From a virus, in the IMG/VR virus record IMGVR_UViG_3300021493_000001: a stretch of DNA of 64,000 nucleotides, one strand, 5' to 3'. Under the pieces are notes generated by a model that was not told where the DNA came from, ran no database searches, and saw only the letters and a list, made by a program, of their open reading frames with translations. The position numbers were made by a program, and so were the translations under genes. Positions 24,549 to 32,843 of this stretch are shown one piece after another. Positions within the stretch are counted from its first letter, which is position 1, and each line of letters starts with the position of its first letter.

Positions 24549-26882
24549 ATGGAAAATTTCAAACCAAGTGATTTTTTTGAAACCTTCCAAGGTAAGTTTC
24601 TTCCTTTACTTGAATCGGCCAGAGGTGATGAATGGGATGTTGTTTTAATTGAGGCAGGCCGAAGTAAGGGAGGAAGTCAAGGTCAAATCTTATATCCTGA
24701 AGAAGTCCTGAAAAGAGCAGTTCCTCTTTTTGAGAATGCCAAGTGTTATGCCTTTGAATTTAGTGGTCAAATTTATGACCATCTTCCAGAGAATATCAAA
24801 CAAGCAGTGCCTCAAGGTTTTGCGAAAAATCTTGTAGGTTATTTTACTTCTCCTAAATTAAAGAAACTTCCCAACGGGAAGAAAGGTATAGTTGCAAAAT
24901 TTCATGTCATAGCCGATTGGCTTAAATCTGCCCTTAAAAATGCTGGGAACAAACTACCCGAACTGCTGGGCTTTTCCATAGATGCAGAGGGAATTGTTGA
25001 TAGAAGTCAAGGCATGGCTTTGTCAATTGATAGAGTGGATAGTGTTGATTTAGTTACATATCCAGCAGCAGGAGGCAGATTTTTAAGAATGGTGGCATCT
25101 AGGCTTGCTGCCAGTATTGGAAAGCAAGAAGAGGGGCAAAAAGAAGGATTAAATAGAAAAGGAGGTAACAGCATGAACCCTATGTTACTGGCAATCAAAG
25201 GATGGAAAAGTGGTCTCCAAGAGGGACAAGCGGTAGAAGCTACTGATGATGTAGTTTCTGCAATCTTTGGCAATGTATTGGATGAGGAAATAATAAAAGA
25301 GTCTCGTGACGAATTAAAGGAGATTATTACTCAATGTGTTGGCTTTTTAAGTGAAGGAAAAGAGGAGCTAGCTGAAGCCCTTATTACAGGGATTGTTGAG
25401 GCTAAGAAGAAGAAAAAGAAAAAAGACGAGTATCCTACTCCTGCGGAAAAATATCCAGCACCTCAAAAGGCTTCTACTCAAAACGAGCCTAATGGTGATA
25501 TGGAAGAGGCTAAAAAGAAAAAGAAAGATGAATATCCTGCTTATCCTGAAATTCAGAAACAATCTCAAGACTTAGAAGCTCTCAAAAATGAGATTACCAG
25601 ATTGAAATTAGAAAAATACTTAGAAGAAGCTCTTAAAGAGTCTGGTTTGACCAGTGTATCTAAAGAGCAAATCAGAAACATGCAGTTTAGTTCTACTGAA
25701 GACATAGACAAGGCTATCGGAAATATGAAAGATTTAGAAGCCAAGTTTATGCAGGAAGCTGGAGTTTCAAGCAAGGTTGAAGCGGGCAATACAGAAGGTG
25801 AAAAAGTATTGCAAATGATTGAGGATGTATTAGAGGGTAAATCTCATAGCATCAAAGAGGCTTATATCAGGTTTACTGGTGATAGAAAGGTAACTGGTTT
25901 AATTAAGGAATGTGCAGGAAGGGGTAAAGCAAGGATTACTGAAAGCTTGACAACCTCTGATTGGGCAGAAGCTTTAGGCGATACTTTAAGACGGAAACTT
26001 ATAAAAGAATATAAGGTATCTGGATTAGATGACTGGAAAAAGATAGTATCTGATATTGTGCCTTTACCTGATTTTAGAGACCAGCACTGGATTAGATTAG
26101 GTGGGTATGGTGAGCTTCCTTCTGTATCTCAAGGTTCAACCTACACAGAACTTACCTCGCCAACTGATGAGGAAGTGAAGTTATCCGTAGGTAAATATGG
26201 TGGCCTTGAATCGGTCACACTGGAAATGATAAAGAATGATGACATTCTTGCAGTTAGACAAATCCCTAAACGGTTAGCAAGAGCTGCTGCACAGGCTCTC
26301 TACAATGCCATATTTGATGATATTTTAAAGGATAATGCAACCATTTATGATAATGTTGCTTTATTCCATGCTAGCCATAGTAATTTAGGTTCTACAGCTT
26401 TATCACCAACATCCTTTATGGCAACCAGAAAAGCGATGGGACAGCAGACTGCTTATGGAAATAGTGAGGAGTATTTAAATCTTTATCCTAAATACTTGAT
26501 TGTGCCACTTGACCTTGAAGATACAGCATTTAAGCTCTGTCATTCACCTGTGTTTGTAAACACTGCAACATATTATTCTGGTGGTGGTGCATCAGAAGCT
26601 GCAACTACTCCTAATATTGTGCCTCAGAAATTTAAAACTGATTATATCGTAGTGCCTAGATGGACAGATGCTAATGATTGGATTGCTGTGGCTGACCCGA
26701 ATATGTGTCCTACAATTGTTGTTGGTTTCTTGGATGGCAATGAAGAGCCTGAAATATTTATTCAAGACCAGCCTTCAGTTGGTAGCTTATTCTATGCTGA
26801 TAAAATTGTTTATAAAATCAGGCACATTTGGGGTGTAGCTGTATTTGATTATAGGCCATTTTATAAACATGCTGTAGGTTAA
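24549..26882 (+). CDS. Prohead protease-scaffold-major capsid protein fusion (Mu gpT-like capsid)
   Basis: FSID...DSVDLVTYPAAGGRF protease; charged scaffold; TLEMIKNDD, PKYLIVP, GFLDGNEEPEI...YKIRH capsid motifs. Confidence 0.9.
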   Translation: MENFKPSDFFETFQGKFLPLLESARGDEWDVVLIEAGRSKGGSQGQILYPEEVLKRAVPLFENAKCYAFEFSGQIYDHLPENIKQAVPQGFAKNLVGYFTSPKLKKLPNGKKGIVAKFHVIADWLKSALKNAGNKLPELLGFSIDAEGIVDRSQGMALSIDRVDSVDLVTYPAAGGRFLRMVASRLAASIGKQEEGQKEGLNRKGGNSMNPMLLAIKGWKSGLQEGQAVEATDDVVSAIFGNVLDEEIIKESRDELKEIITQCVGFLSEGKEELAEALITGIVEAKKKKKKKDEYPTPAEKYPAPQKASTQNEPNGDMEEAKKKKKDEYPAYPEIQKQSQDLEALKNEITRLKLEKYLEEALKESGLTSVSKEQIRNMQFSSTEDIDKAIGNMKDLEAKFMQEAGVSSKVEAGNTEGEKVLQMIEDVLEGKSHSIKEAYIRFTGDRKVTGLIKECAGRGKARITESLTTSDWAEALGDTLRRKLIKEYKVSGLDDWKKIVSDIVPLPDFRDQHWIRLGGYGELPSVSQGSTYTELTSPTDEEVKLSVGKYGGLESVTLEMIKNDDILAVRQIPKRLARAAAQALYNAIFDDILKDNATIYDNVALFHASHSNLGSTALSPTSFMATRKAMGQQTAYGNSEEYLNLYPKYLIVPLDLEDTAFKLCHSPVFVNTATYYSGGGASEAATTPNIVPQKFKTDYIVVPRWTDANDWIAVADPNMCPTIVVGFLDGNEEPEIFIQDQPSVGSLFYADKIVYKIRHIWGVAVFDYRPFYKHAVG

Positions 26883-26916
26883 AAATTAACGGCATAATTA
26901 ACATAAGGAGGTAACA

Positions 26917-27330
26917 ATGGCAAAAATAATAGCAGGTGATATTCCTTCTCATACACAATCGGTATTGTTTGAGGTAGCAAGTAGAGGCACGAATGCTGAT
27001 ACCGATAGTAATCTTATGTTTAGAGCACCTAATGATATGAAGGTGAAGAAGGCTTATGTTACTTTCAAGAGTGCTTTAACTGGTGCAGATACAAATTATT
27101 GCACTGTTAGGTTGAGGAATTTGGGCACAAATGGGAGTGGCACTACTGATATTGCAACTTTGGCTTTTACTTCGGGCGTGACTGCTTCTGCTAAAGTTCC
27201 CAAAGCATTAACTTTAGCATCTGATGTAACTGTGGATGAAGGTGAAGTTTTGGTAGCCCGTATTGACCATGAAGGTTCTGGTTTAAAATCAGATATAGCA
27301 ATATTACAAGTTGATTATACTTGGGAATAA
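26917..27330 (+). CDS. Capsid decoration/cement-like protein
   Basis: Beta-rich 137 aa directly after the capsid gene; AAGGAGG upstream. Confidence 0.6.
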   Translation: MAKIIAGDIPSHTQSVLFEVASRGTNADTDSNLMFRAPNDMKVKKAYVTFKSALTGADTNYCTVRLRNLGTNGSGTTDIATLAFTSGVTASAKVPKALTLASDVTVDEGEVLVARIDHEGSGLKSDIAILQVDYTWE

Positions 27331-27339
27331 TTAAAACGG

Positions 27340-27394
27340 AGTAGCCTAGTCTGGACTAATTGGCAAAGACCTCTAATAGCAGAACTAGGCTACT
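27340..27394 (+). repeat. 11-bp perfect inverted repeat with 33-nt loop
   Basis: AGTAGCCTAGT (27340-27350) / ACTAGGCTACT (27384-27394). Confidence 0.7.
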
Positions 27395-27437
27395 TCATAT
27401 AAACCAGGTTGGCTTTTTTAATGGCACTGGTGTGAAA

Positions 27438-28625
27438 ATGAATTTTGAATATATTAACCCTTCTCCAACTCTTTTCATTGTTACTGGATGTCCTCGTTCA
27501 GGAACTACCTTTCTAATTGAACAAATCAAAGAACATCTCAAAGTGCCAGTGTTGGGATATGACGACCTAGGTTTACACAGAGAGTGGAAGACTGCAATAG
27601 CAGCTAATTCCATTCTCTTAGGAGATATATTTGCAGATTTAAAACCAGAAATGCCTAACAATGTTAACATGGAAAAACAATTTGAAGAATTTAAAGAATT
27701 TCTTATATCTAGTAAGGATGAGTTTAGTGAACATCCAATGTATTTTTTTAAAGACCCAAGGATTTGTCACACATGGCCATTCTGGATGAGATTATTTGAA
27801 ATTAGAATTATTCATATAGTTAGAAAATTTGAAGGCGTTTTTAATAGTATTGACCAAGTAGATAATGTTGGTGGCAAAGAGGTTAGATTTAGATGGATTA
27901 AGCCTAAAAATCAATGGAAAGTAATTTGGGAAAATCATGTAAATAAAGCTAGAGAAAGCAATGAATATTTACCTTATTTAGAAATACCATTTGAAAGTTT
28001 TATTGAAAATCCTAAACCTTGGATTGAAAAGATTGCTAACTTTGTTAAAGCTCCTGAAAAATGTTTAAATTTAGGTAGTGGTTTAGCACCAAAAGCAGGA
28101 GAGGAATGGGTGAATTTGGATTACAATGCTGATTATATTCCACCTGCTAAATATGGTGTAAATGGAGTTGTTGCAGATTTGGAAAGTCCATTGCCTTTTA
28201 AAGATAATACCTTTAGTTTTATTCTTGCAAACCATATCCTTGAACATATCAAAAATTATGAACAATTGATGTGTGAGATATATAGAGTATTAAAAATTGG
28301 AGGCAGATTGATAATTAGAGTTCCTTATGCGTTTTGCCGTGCTGCAATAGCTGACCCATCGCATGTAAGACAGTTCGTTCCTGAGTCGTTCTTTCACTTT
28401 TTGCCTGATAATTTAGGGCCAGTTGCAAATCGTAAATTCTGGGGAACGTTTAAGTTAATTGATTTAGAAATAATTAAGCATGACAGACCAGGGATAGATA
28501 GGGGTGAAGTGGGTTCATTTTTCACAGAAATATATGTAGAGTTAGAAAAAATACCAAAGCAAGAGCCACCTAAACCAAAATGGATTGAGAGAGACGATGA
28601 GCAAAGGCAAGGCAATAATATTTAG
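27438..28625 (+). CDS. Sulfotransferase fused to class I SAM-dependent methyltransferase
   Basis: GCPRSGTT and FKDPRI; LNLGSG, DLESPLPF, HILEHI, RVLKIGG; ATG at 27438 preferred over TTG at 27360. Confidence 0.85.
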   Translation: MNFEYINPSPTLFIVTGCPRSGTTFLIEQIKEHLKVPVLGYDDLGLHREWKTAIAANSILLGDIFADLKPEMPNNVNMEKQFEEFKEFLISSKDEFSEHPMYFFKDPRICHTWPFWMRLFEIRIIHIVRKFEGVFNSIDQVDNVGGKEVRFRWIKPKNQWKVIWENHVNKARESNEYLPYLEIPFESFIENPKPWIEKIANFVKAPEKCLNLGSGLAPKAGEEWVNLDYNADYIPPAKYGVNGVVADLESPLPFKDNTFSFILANHILEHIKNYEQLMCEIYRVLKIGGRLIIRVPYAFCRAAIADPSHVRQFVPESFFHFLPDNLGPVANRKFWGTFKLIDLEIIKHDRPGIDRGEVGSFFTEIYVELEKIPKQEPPKPKWIERDDEQRQGNNI

Positions 28626-29622
28626 AGGATACATGGCCATAGGTGATGCACTTTATACATCTGCATTGCCTAGGTTAATGAAAGAGGATGGCTATGAGCA
28701 GGTAGATGTTGCTGTTTGGCAGTCAAACCAGCATGTATTTTGGAATAATCCTTATGTTGATAATATCAGAGTATTCCCAAATGATTTAACAGAAACGGAA
28801 TTTGAATATTATTATAATAAATGGAATGAAGAATATGATGTTATTGTGGATTTAAGGTGGACAATAGAAAGCAAATATTTATTTAGAACGGATGCTCCTT
28901 TACCACCGATAGAAGAAAGAAAAAAGAAAAATAAGGGTAAGAATTATTATAGAGTTACTATGGAAGTTGCAGGATACAAAGTAGATAAAGGCAAGCCTGA
29001 ATTATATTTATCTGATGAAGAAGAAAAGTTACTTAATGAATTTAAAAAAGAGAATCCTAAGTTTGTGATTTGGCAGTTATATGGCTCATCCAATGCGAAG
29101 CAATTGGTAAGAGCACCGATATGGATTACAGAGATTATGAAGCAAGTGCCTGATTGTAAACATTATTTAGTAGGTAATGCCCATTTTAGCACCAAGAGAT
29201 TATTTGGTTCAGATAATGTTAAATGTGTAGCAGGTATTTGGGGGTTAAGAACTTCTATGCTAATGTGTAAGTATGCCAATTTAGTAGTTGGGCCTGAATC
29301 CGCTATAACCAATGCTTCGGGTGCTTTTGATACGCCTAAGTTTATAATGTATTCAGGAGTATTACCTGAAAATCTTGGGGGTGATTTTGAAAACCATTAT
29401 GGTTTCTGTCCTAAATGTGAATGTTATCCTTGCTATAAAATCAGTATCAGCCCAAAAGAAGTCTGGAATTTGAAAAAGAGAAAACTTGCTTATGCAAATA
29501 TGGAAGAATGTAGAGTTAAAGACCCATTTGATTGTTATAGGTATCTAGGATTTAAATGCACATTAAGCCTTCCAGAACAAGAGATAATAGAGAAGGCTGT
29601 GGATATTTTAAAACATAGTTAG
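28585..29622 (+). CDS. Glycosyltransferase family 9-like
   Basis: MAIGDAL N-terminal motif; NPYVD; LVVGPESAITNASGAFDTP. Confidence 0.8.
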   Translation: MRETMSKGKAIIFRGYMAIGDALYTSALPRLMKEDGYEQVDVAVWQSNQHVFWNNPYVDNIRVFPNDLTETEFEYYYNKWNEEYDVIVDLRWTIESKYLFRTDAPLPPIEERKKKNKGKNYYRVTMEVAGYKVDKGKPELYLSDEEEKLLNEFKKENPKFVIWQLYGSSNAKQLVRAPIWITEIMKQVPDCKHYLVGNAHFSTKRLFGSDNVKCVAGIWGLRTSMLMCKYANLVVGPESAITNASGAFDTPKFIMYSGVLPENLGGDFENHYGFCPKCECYPCYKISISPKEVWNLKKRKLAYANMEECRVKDPFDCYRYLGFKCTLSLPEQEIIEKAVDILKHS

Positions 29623-29631
29623 GAGGAAGAA

Positions 29632-29937
29632 ATGATTGGTGGAGTAACCATAGAAGAATATGATGCTTATGATAAGGAAACAATTACTGTAGGCTCAACA
29701 GCAGTGGGCTTTACAAGTAGTAAAATTACCAACTGTAAAGTTGCCTTTTGCACTCTTGATACAGGTGGTGGAGCAATTAGATATTGGATTGATGGTTCAA
29801 CGCCAACTGCCACATCAGGGCATTATGTAGCTGCTGGAGATAGTTTTACCATTGTGGGAACTAATAATATTCGGAATTTTAAAGCAATACGAGTAGGTGC
29901 AGATGATGGCACATTACAAGTAACATACAAAAGGTAA
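29632..29937 (+). CDS. Small beta-rich virion protein
   Basis: IRYWIDGSTPT pattern; AGGAGG upstream; structural module. Confidence 0.6.
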   Translation: MIGGVTIEEYDAYDKETITVGSTAVGFTSSKITNCKVAFCTLDTGGGAIRYWIDGSTPTATSGHYVAAGDSFTIVGTNNIRNFKAIRVGADDGTLQVTYKR

Positions 29938-29942
29938 GAGAA

Positions 29943-30500
29943 ATGCGAATACCAGCTAAGTTAGAAAATATAAATAAAGTTTTAGAGCAAATTAAAGCAG
30001 ATATAAAAAATCGTATTCTAACAGCAGGGCAACGAACTACTGAGCAAACAACTCAATTAAGCTGGGAATTAATGAAAGAACATGCACCAGTGGCTTCTGG
30101 TAGTTTAAGAGGTTCAATAGGGAAGAGAGTTATTTATGGTTATCCAATAATGTTTGGCGTATCAATGACTGGATTATCACCAAGAAGAAGTAGTGGTGGA
30201 GAAGTTTCAACTGGATATGCACAAGCAGTTGAATATGGAGTGCCTGCTGGTGCTTATGGGTATGAGCAACATGGCAGGAATTATTCAGGAGTGCCACCTT
30301 GGGGTGAAGGCTCAAGATTATATGAATGGGTTAGGCTCAGAGGTTTATCTCCTGCTTTGGCTGTTTCTGCTAAGATTGCTCGTAAAATAGGACGGAGGGG
30401 GATTACGGCAAAGCATTTTATTAAGAAATCCCATTCAGTCTTAGTAGGTAGATTACCAGATGTAGTAAGAAGAATATTTGACAAACATTTGCATTTTTAG
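29943..30500 (+). CDS. Neck/tail-completion protein (HK97 gp10-like)
   Basis: APVASGSLRGSI, YAQAVEYG, IARKIGRRG motifs. Confidence 0.75.
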   Translation: MRIPAKLENINKVLEQIKADIKNRILTAGQRTTEQTTQLSWELMKEHAPVASGSLRGSIGKRVIYGYPIMFGVSMTGLSPRRSSGGEVSTGYAQAVEYGVPAGAYGYEQHGRNYSGVPPWGEGSRLYEWVRLRGLSPALAVSAKIARKIGRRGITAKHFIKKSHSVLVGRLPDVVRRIFDKHLHF

Positions 30501-30515
30501 AGGTAAGTTGGTGTT

Positions 30516-30965
30516 ATGAGTTTAAGCACGATTAGAAGTGAAATTAAGAGCATAATGGAAGATATTTCTGGAATAGGTAAAGTGTATGATTATTTGCGTT
30601 GGGATGAAAGTAGTTGGGAAGGCTTTTTCAATTTATTTAAAACTGATAGCACCAAACATGGTTGGATGATAACCAGAATAAGCACAACAGAAGATAGAAG
30701 ATTTGAGACAGAACATAATTTAAGGCATTATACTTTCAAAATAATTGGTTTCTATCCGTTGAAAGACAAAAGTGCTACTGAAAAAACTTTTCAAGATTTG
30801 ATTGAGACTGTATGTTCAACATTTAGGACAAATTATAATTTAAATGGGACTTGCTTAGACTCAGACCCACCAGAAGTAACTATAGTAGAAAATCGGATAT
30901 ATGGTTCTATCCTTGCACATTATACAGAAATTTTATTAAGAGTTAGAGAAAGAATTACTTTGTAA
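30516..30965 (+). CDS. Tail terminator-like protein
   Basis: Size and position before tube; IRSEIK...GKVYDY...NYNLNG. Confidence 0.65.
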   Translation: MSLSTIRSEIKSIMEDISGIGKVYDYLRWDESSWEGFFNLFKTDSTKHGWMITRISTTEDRRFETEHNLRHYTFKIIGFYPLKDKSATEKTFQDLIETVCSTFRTNYNLNGTCLDSDPPEVTIVENRIYGSILAHYTEILLRVRERITL

Positions 30966-30975
30966 GGAGGTAAAG

Positions 30976-31116
30976 ATGGCAAAACGATTAAGATTTCAAA
31001 GCAGAGCAGGAGGACATTATTCACCTACTCCTGCCAAGGCAGATAAAGAGGTTAAGATAACTAAGACAAAAGAACCTAAACAAAATATTAAAGGCAAAGG
31101 AGGTAAAGAGAAATGA
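30976..31116 (+). CDS. 46-aa basic protein
   Basis: Hand-translated MAKRLRFQSRAGG...; AAGGAGG upstream; ATGA overlap with tube gene. Confidence 0.6.
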   Translation: MAKRLRFQSRAGGHYSPTPAKADKEVKITKTKEPKQNIKGKGGKEK

Positions 31117-32087
31117 GCTTATTACTTAGAAGGAGCGTTTTATTAGGCAAGGTTGAAGATAACTACGGAACGGATGCCTCTCCTACAACTGCGGATGCAA
31201 TTTTATGTGCAGCTCCTACTGTAACTCCAGCAGGTGATTTATTAACGAGAGACTTTGTTAGGTCTTCAATTTCACCATATCCTCATGTCATTGGTGCTAA
31301 AACAGTGGAAGTAACTTTTGACACAGAAATTAAAGGTTCAGGCACAAATTCAAGCACATCTACTAGTGCAATCATTCCTGAAATTGGAGTGTTATTTAGG
31401 GCATGTGGATTAAGTGAGACTGTAACTTGGGGTTCTACTTCTGGCACACCTACCACTTATAATGATTTAACTGCATCTTATCAACCTGTATCCACTAATT
31501 TTGAAAGTGCTACAATTTATGTTTATTTTGACGGAGTGCTTCATAAAATAGTTGGATGCAGAGGTAGTGCTGTATTTACTTTAGATGCAGGTGCGTTTCC
31601 TAGGATTAGCTGGACTTTCAGAGGATTTTATCAGGATGTTGTAGATGCAAGTATGGTATCGGGTGTTTATGATGATACCAAACCGCCAATTGTTGAGTCT
31701 ATCAGTTTAGTATTAGGTTCTTACTCGCCTAAAGTGCAATCAGTGAGTATTGACCTTGCAAATACTATTGCAGAGATTAGAGATGTAAATGCTTCGGAGG
31801 CAATGAGAGAAATCGCAATCACAGCTAGAGATACTAATGGAAGAATTAATCCTGAAATGGATTTAGTTGCTAATTATGATTTCTTTGGTATCTGGAAGAA
31901 TGCCACTGAAAAAGCTATGAGTTGCACAATTGGAAGTTCAGGTGGAAATCGTGTAATCTTCTCTTGTCCATCAATTCAAGAAAGTAGTTTAGCTTATGGT
32001 GATAGAGAAGGAATTAGAGTATTGGACATCCCGATTAAGTTAGCAAGTGAATCTGGAGATGATGAGTTAGTAATTAAGTTTACTTAA
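31113..32087 (+). CDS. Tail tube protein
   Basis: LGKVEDNYGTD, LFRACG, TIYVYFDG, YGDREG motifs; position. Confidence 0.8.
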   Translation: MSLLLRRSVLLGKVEDNYGTDASPTTADAILCAAPTVTPAGDLLTRDFVRSSISPYPHVIGAKTVEVTFDTEIKGSGTNSSTSTSAIIPEIGVLFRACGLSETVTWGSTSGTPTTYNDLTASYQPVSTNFESATIYVYFDGVLHKIVGCRGSAVFTLDAGAFPRISWTFRGFYQDVVDASMVSGVYDDTKPPIVESISLVLGSYSPKVQSVSIDLANTIAEIRDVNASEAMREIAITARDTNGRINPEMDLVANYDFFGIWKNATEKAMSCTIGSSGGNRVIFSCPSIQESSLAYGDREGIRVLDIPIKLASESGDDELVIKFT

Positions 32088-32110
32088 TTTTAAAATTAAA
32101 GGAGGTAAAG

Positions 32111-32542
32111 ATGGCAGCACAAGGATTTGACCTCTCTTTGGATGAGGATGTTATTAGTTTGGTAGATTATCAGCATGGTGAGGAGTTTCAGTTAAAACAC
32201 TATGTAAGAAGGCCAACGACCTCAGAATACAAAGAATATAGACGCAAGATTTCTGAATTTAAAGGTGGATTTAGGCGTTTTAAATGGGAAGATAGAGGTG
32301 CAGAAGCAGCCGAATGGTTATATGAAAAGATAATTCAGAGAGTAGAAGGATATACCTTCAAAGGTAAAAACATTATGTCTGTTACTAAAGAAGAATTGGA
32401 AGAGCTTGGTAATAAACGAGGTGAAAAATACTCTAGTTGGAAATCGTTAATTCCAATCAGGCATAAGATATTTGTAATTGATAAGGTTGCTGGATTAATA
32501 CTTGAAGGTGAGACAGAGATGGAGGAAGGCTTGGGGGAATAA
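32111..32542 (+). CDS. Tail assembly chaperone (G)
   Basis: Between tube and tape measure; ends at GGGGGAA slippery site. Confidence 0.75.
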   Translation: MAAQGFDLSLDEDVISLVDYQHGEEFQLKHYVRRPTTSEYKEYRRKISEFKGGFRRFKWEDRGAEAAEWLYEKIIQRVEGYTFKGKNIMSVTKEELEELGNKRGEKYSSWKSLIPIRHKIFVIDKVAGLILEGETEMEEGLGE

Positions 32543-32838
32543 TTAGGCAATTCTTAAAGCATAGCTGTAATCCTGCGACTTGTGATGCTTATAAGATTTC
32601 GCAAGGAAAGGCTTGTGAGGGTTGCCCAGATAATCCTGATAACTGGCAGAAAGAATTTGAACCTGAATTGCTTACATTTTCAAATCATATAATTTGGCTG
32701 CATACTTTGAGACTTTCGGGATGTGGATTTCAAATGGATGACCTTAGTCTTACCGAATGGAAAGGGTTAGAGATACTGGAAAGAGAGTTAAAGAGAAAGG
32801 AATTAGAAGATATTGAAGAAATGAAACGCAAGAGGTAG
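32536..32838 (+). CDS. Tail chaperone -1 frameshift extension (GT)
   Basis: G-GGG-GAA at 32533-32539; the -1 frame is open for 100 codons with no start codon and ends 5 nt before the tape measure. Confidence 0.75.
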   Translation, partial: GIIRQFLKHSCNPATCDAYKISQGKACEGCPDNPDNWQKEFEPELLTFSNHIIWLHTLRLSGCGFQMDDLSLTEWKGLEILERELKRKELEDIEEMKRKR

Positions 32839-32843
32839 GACAA

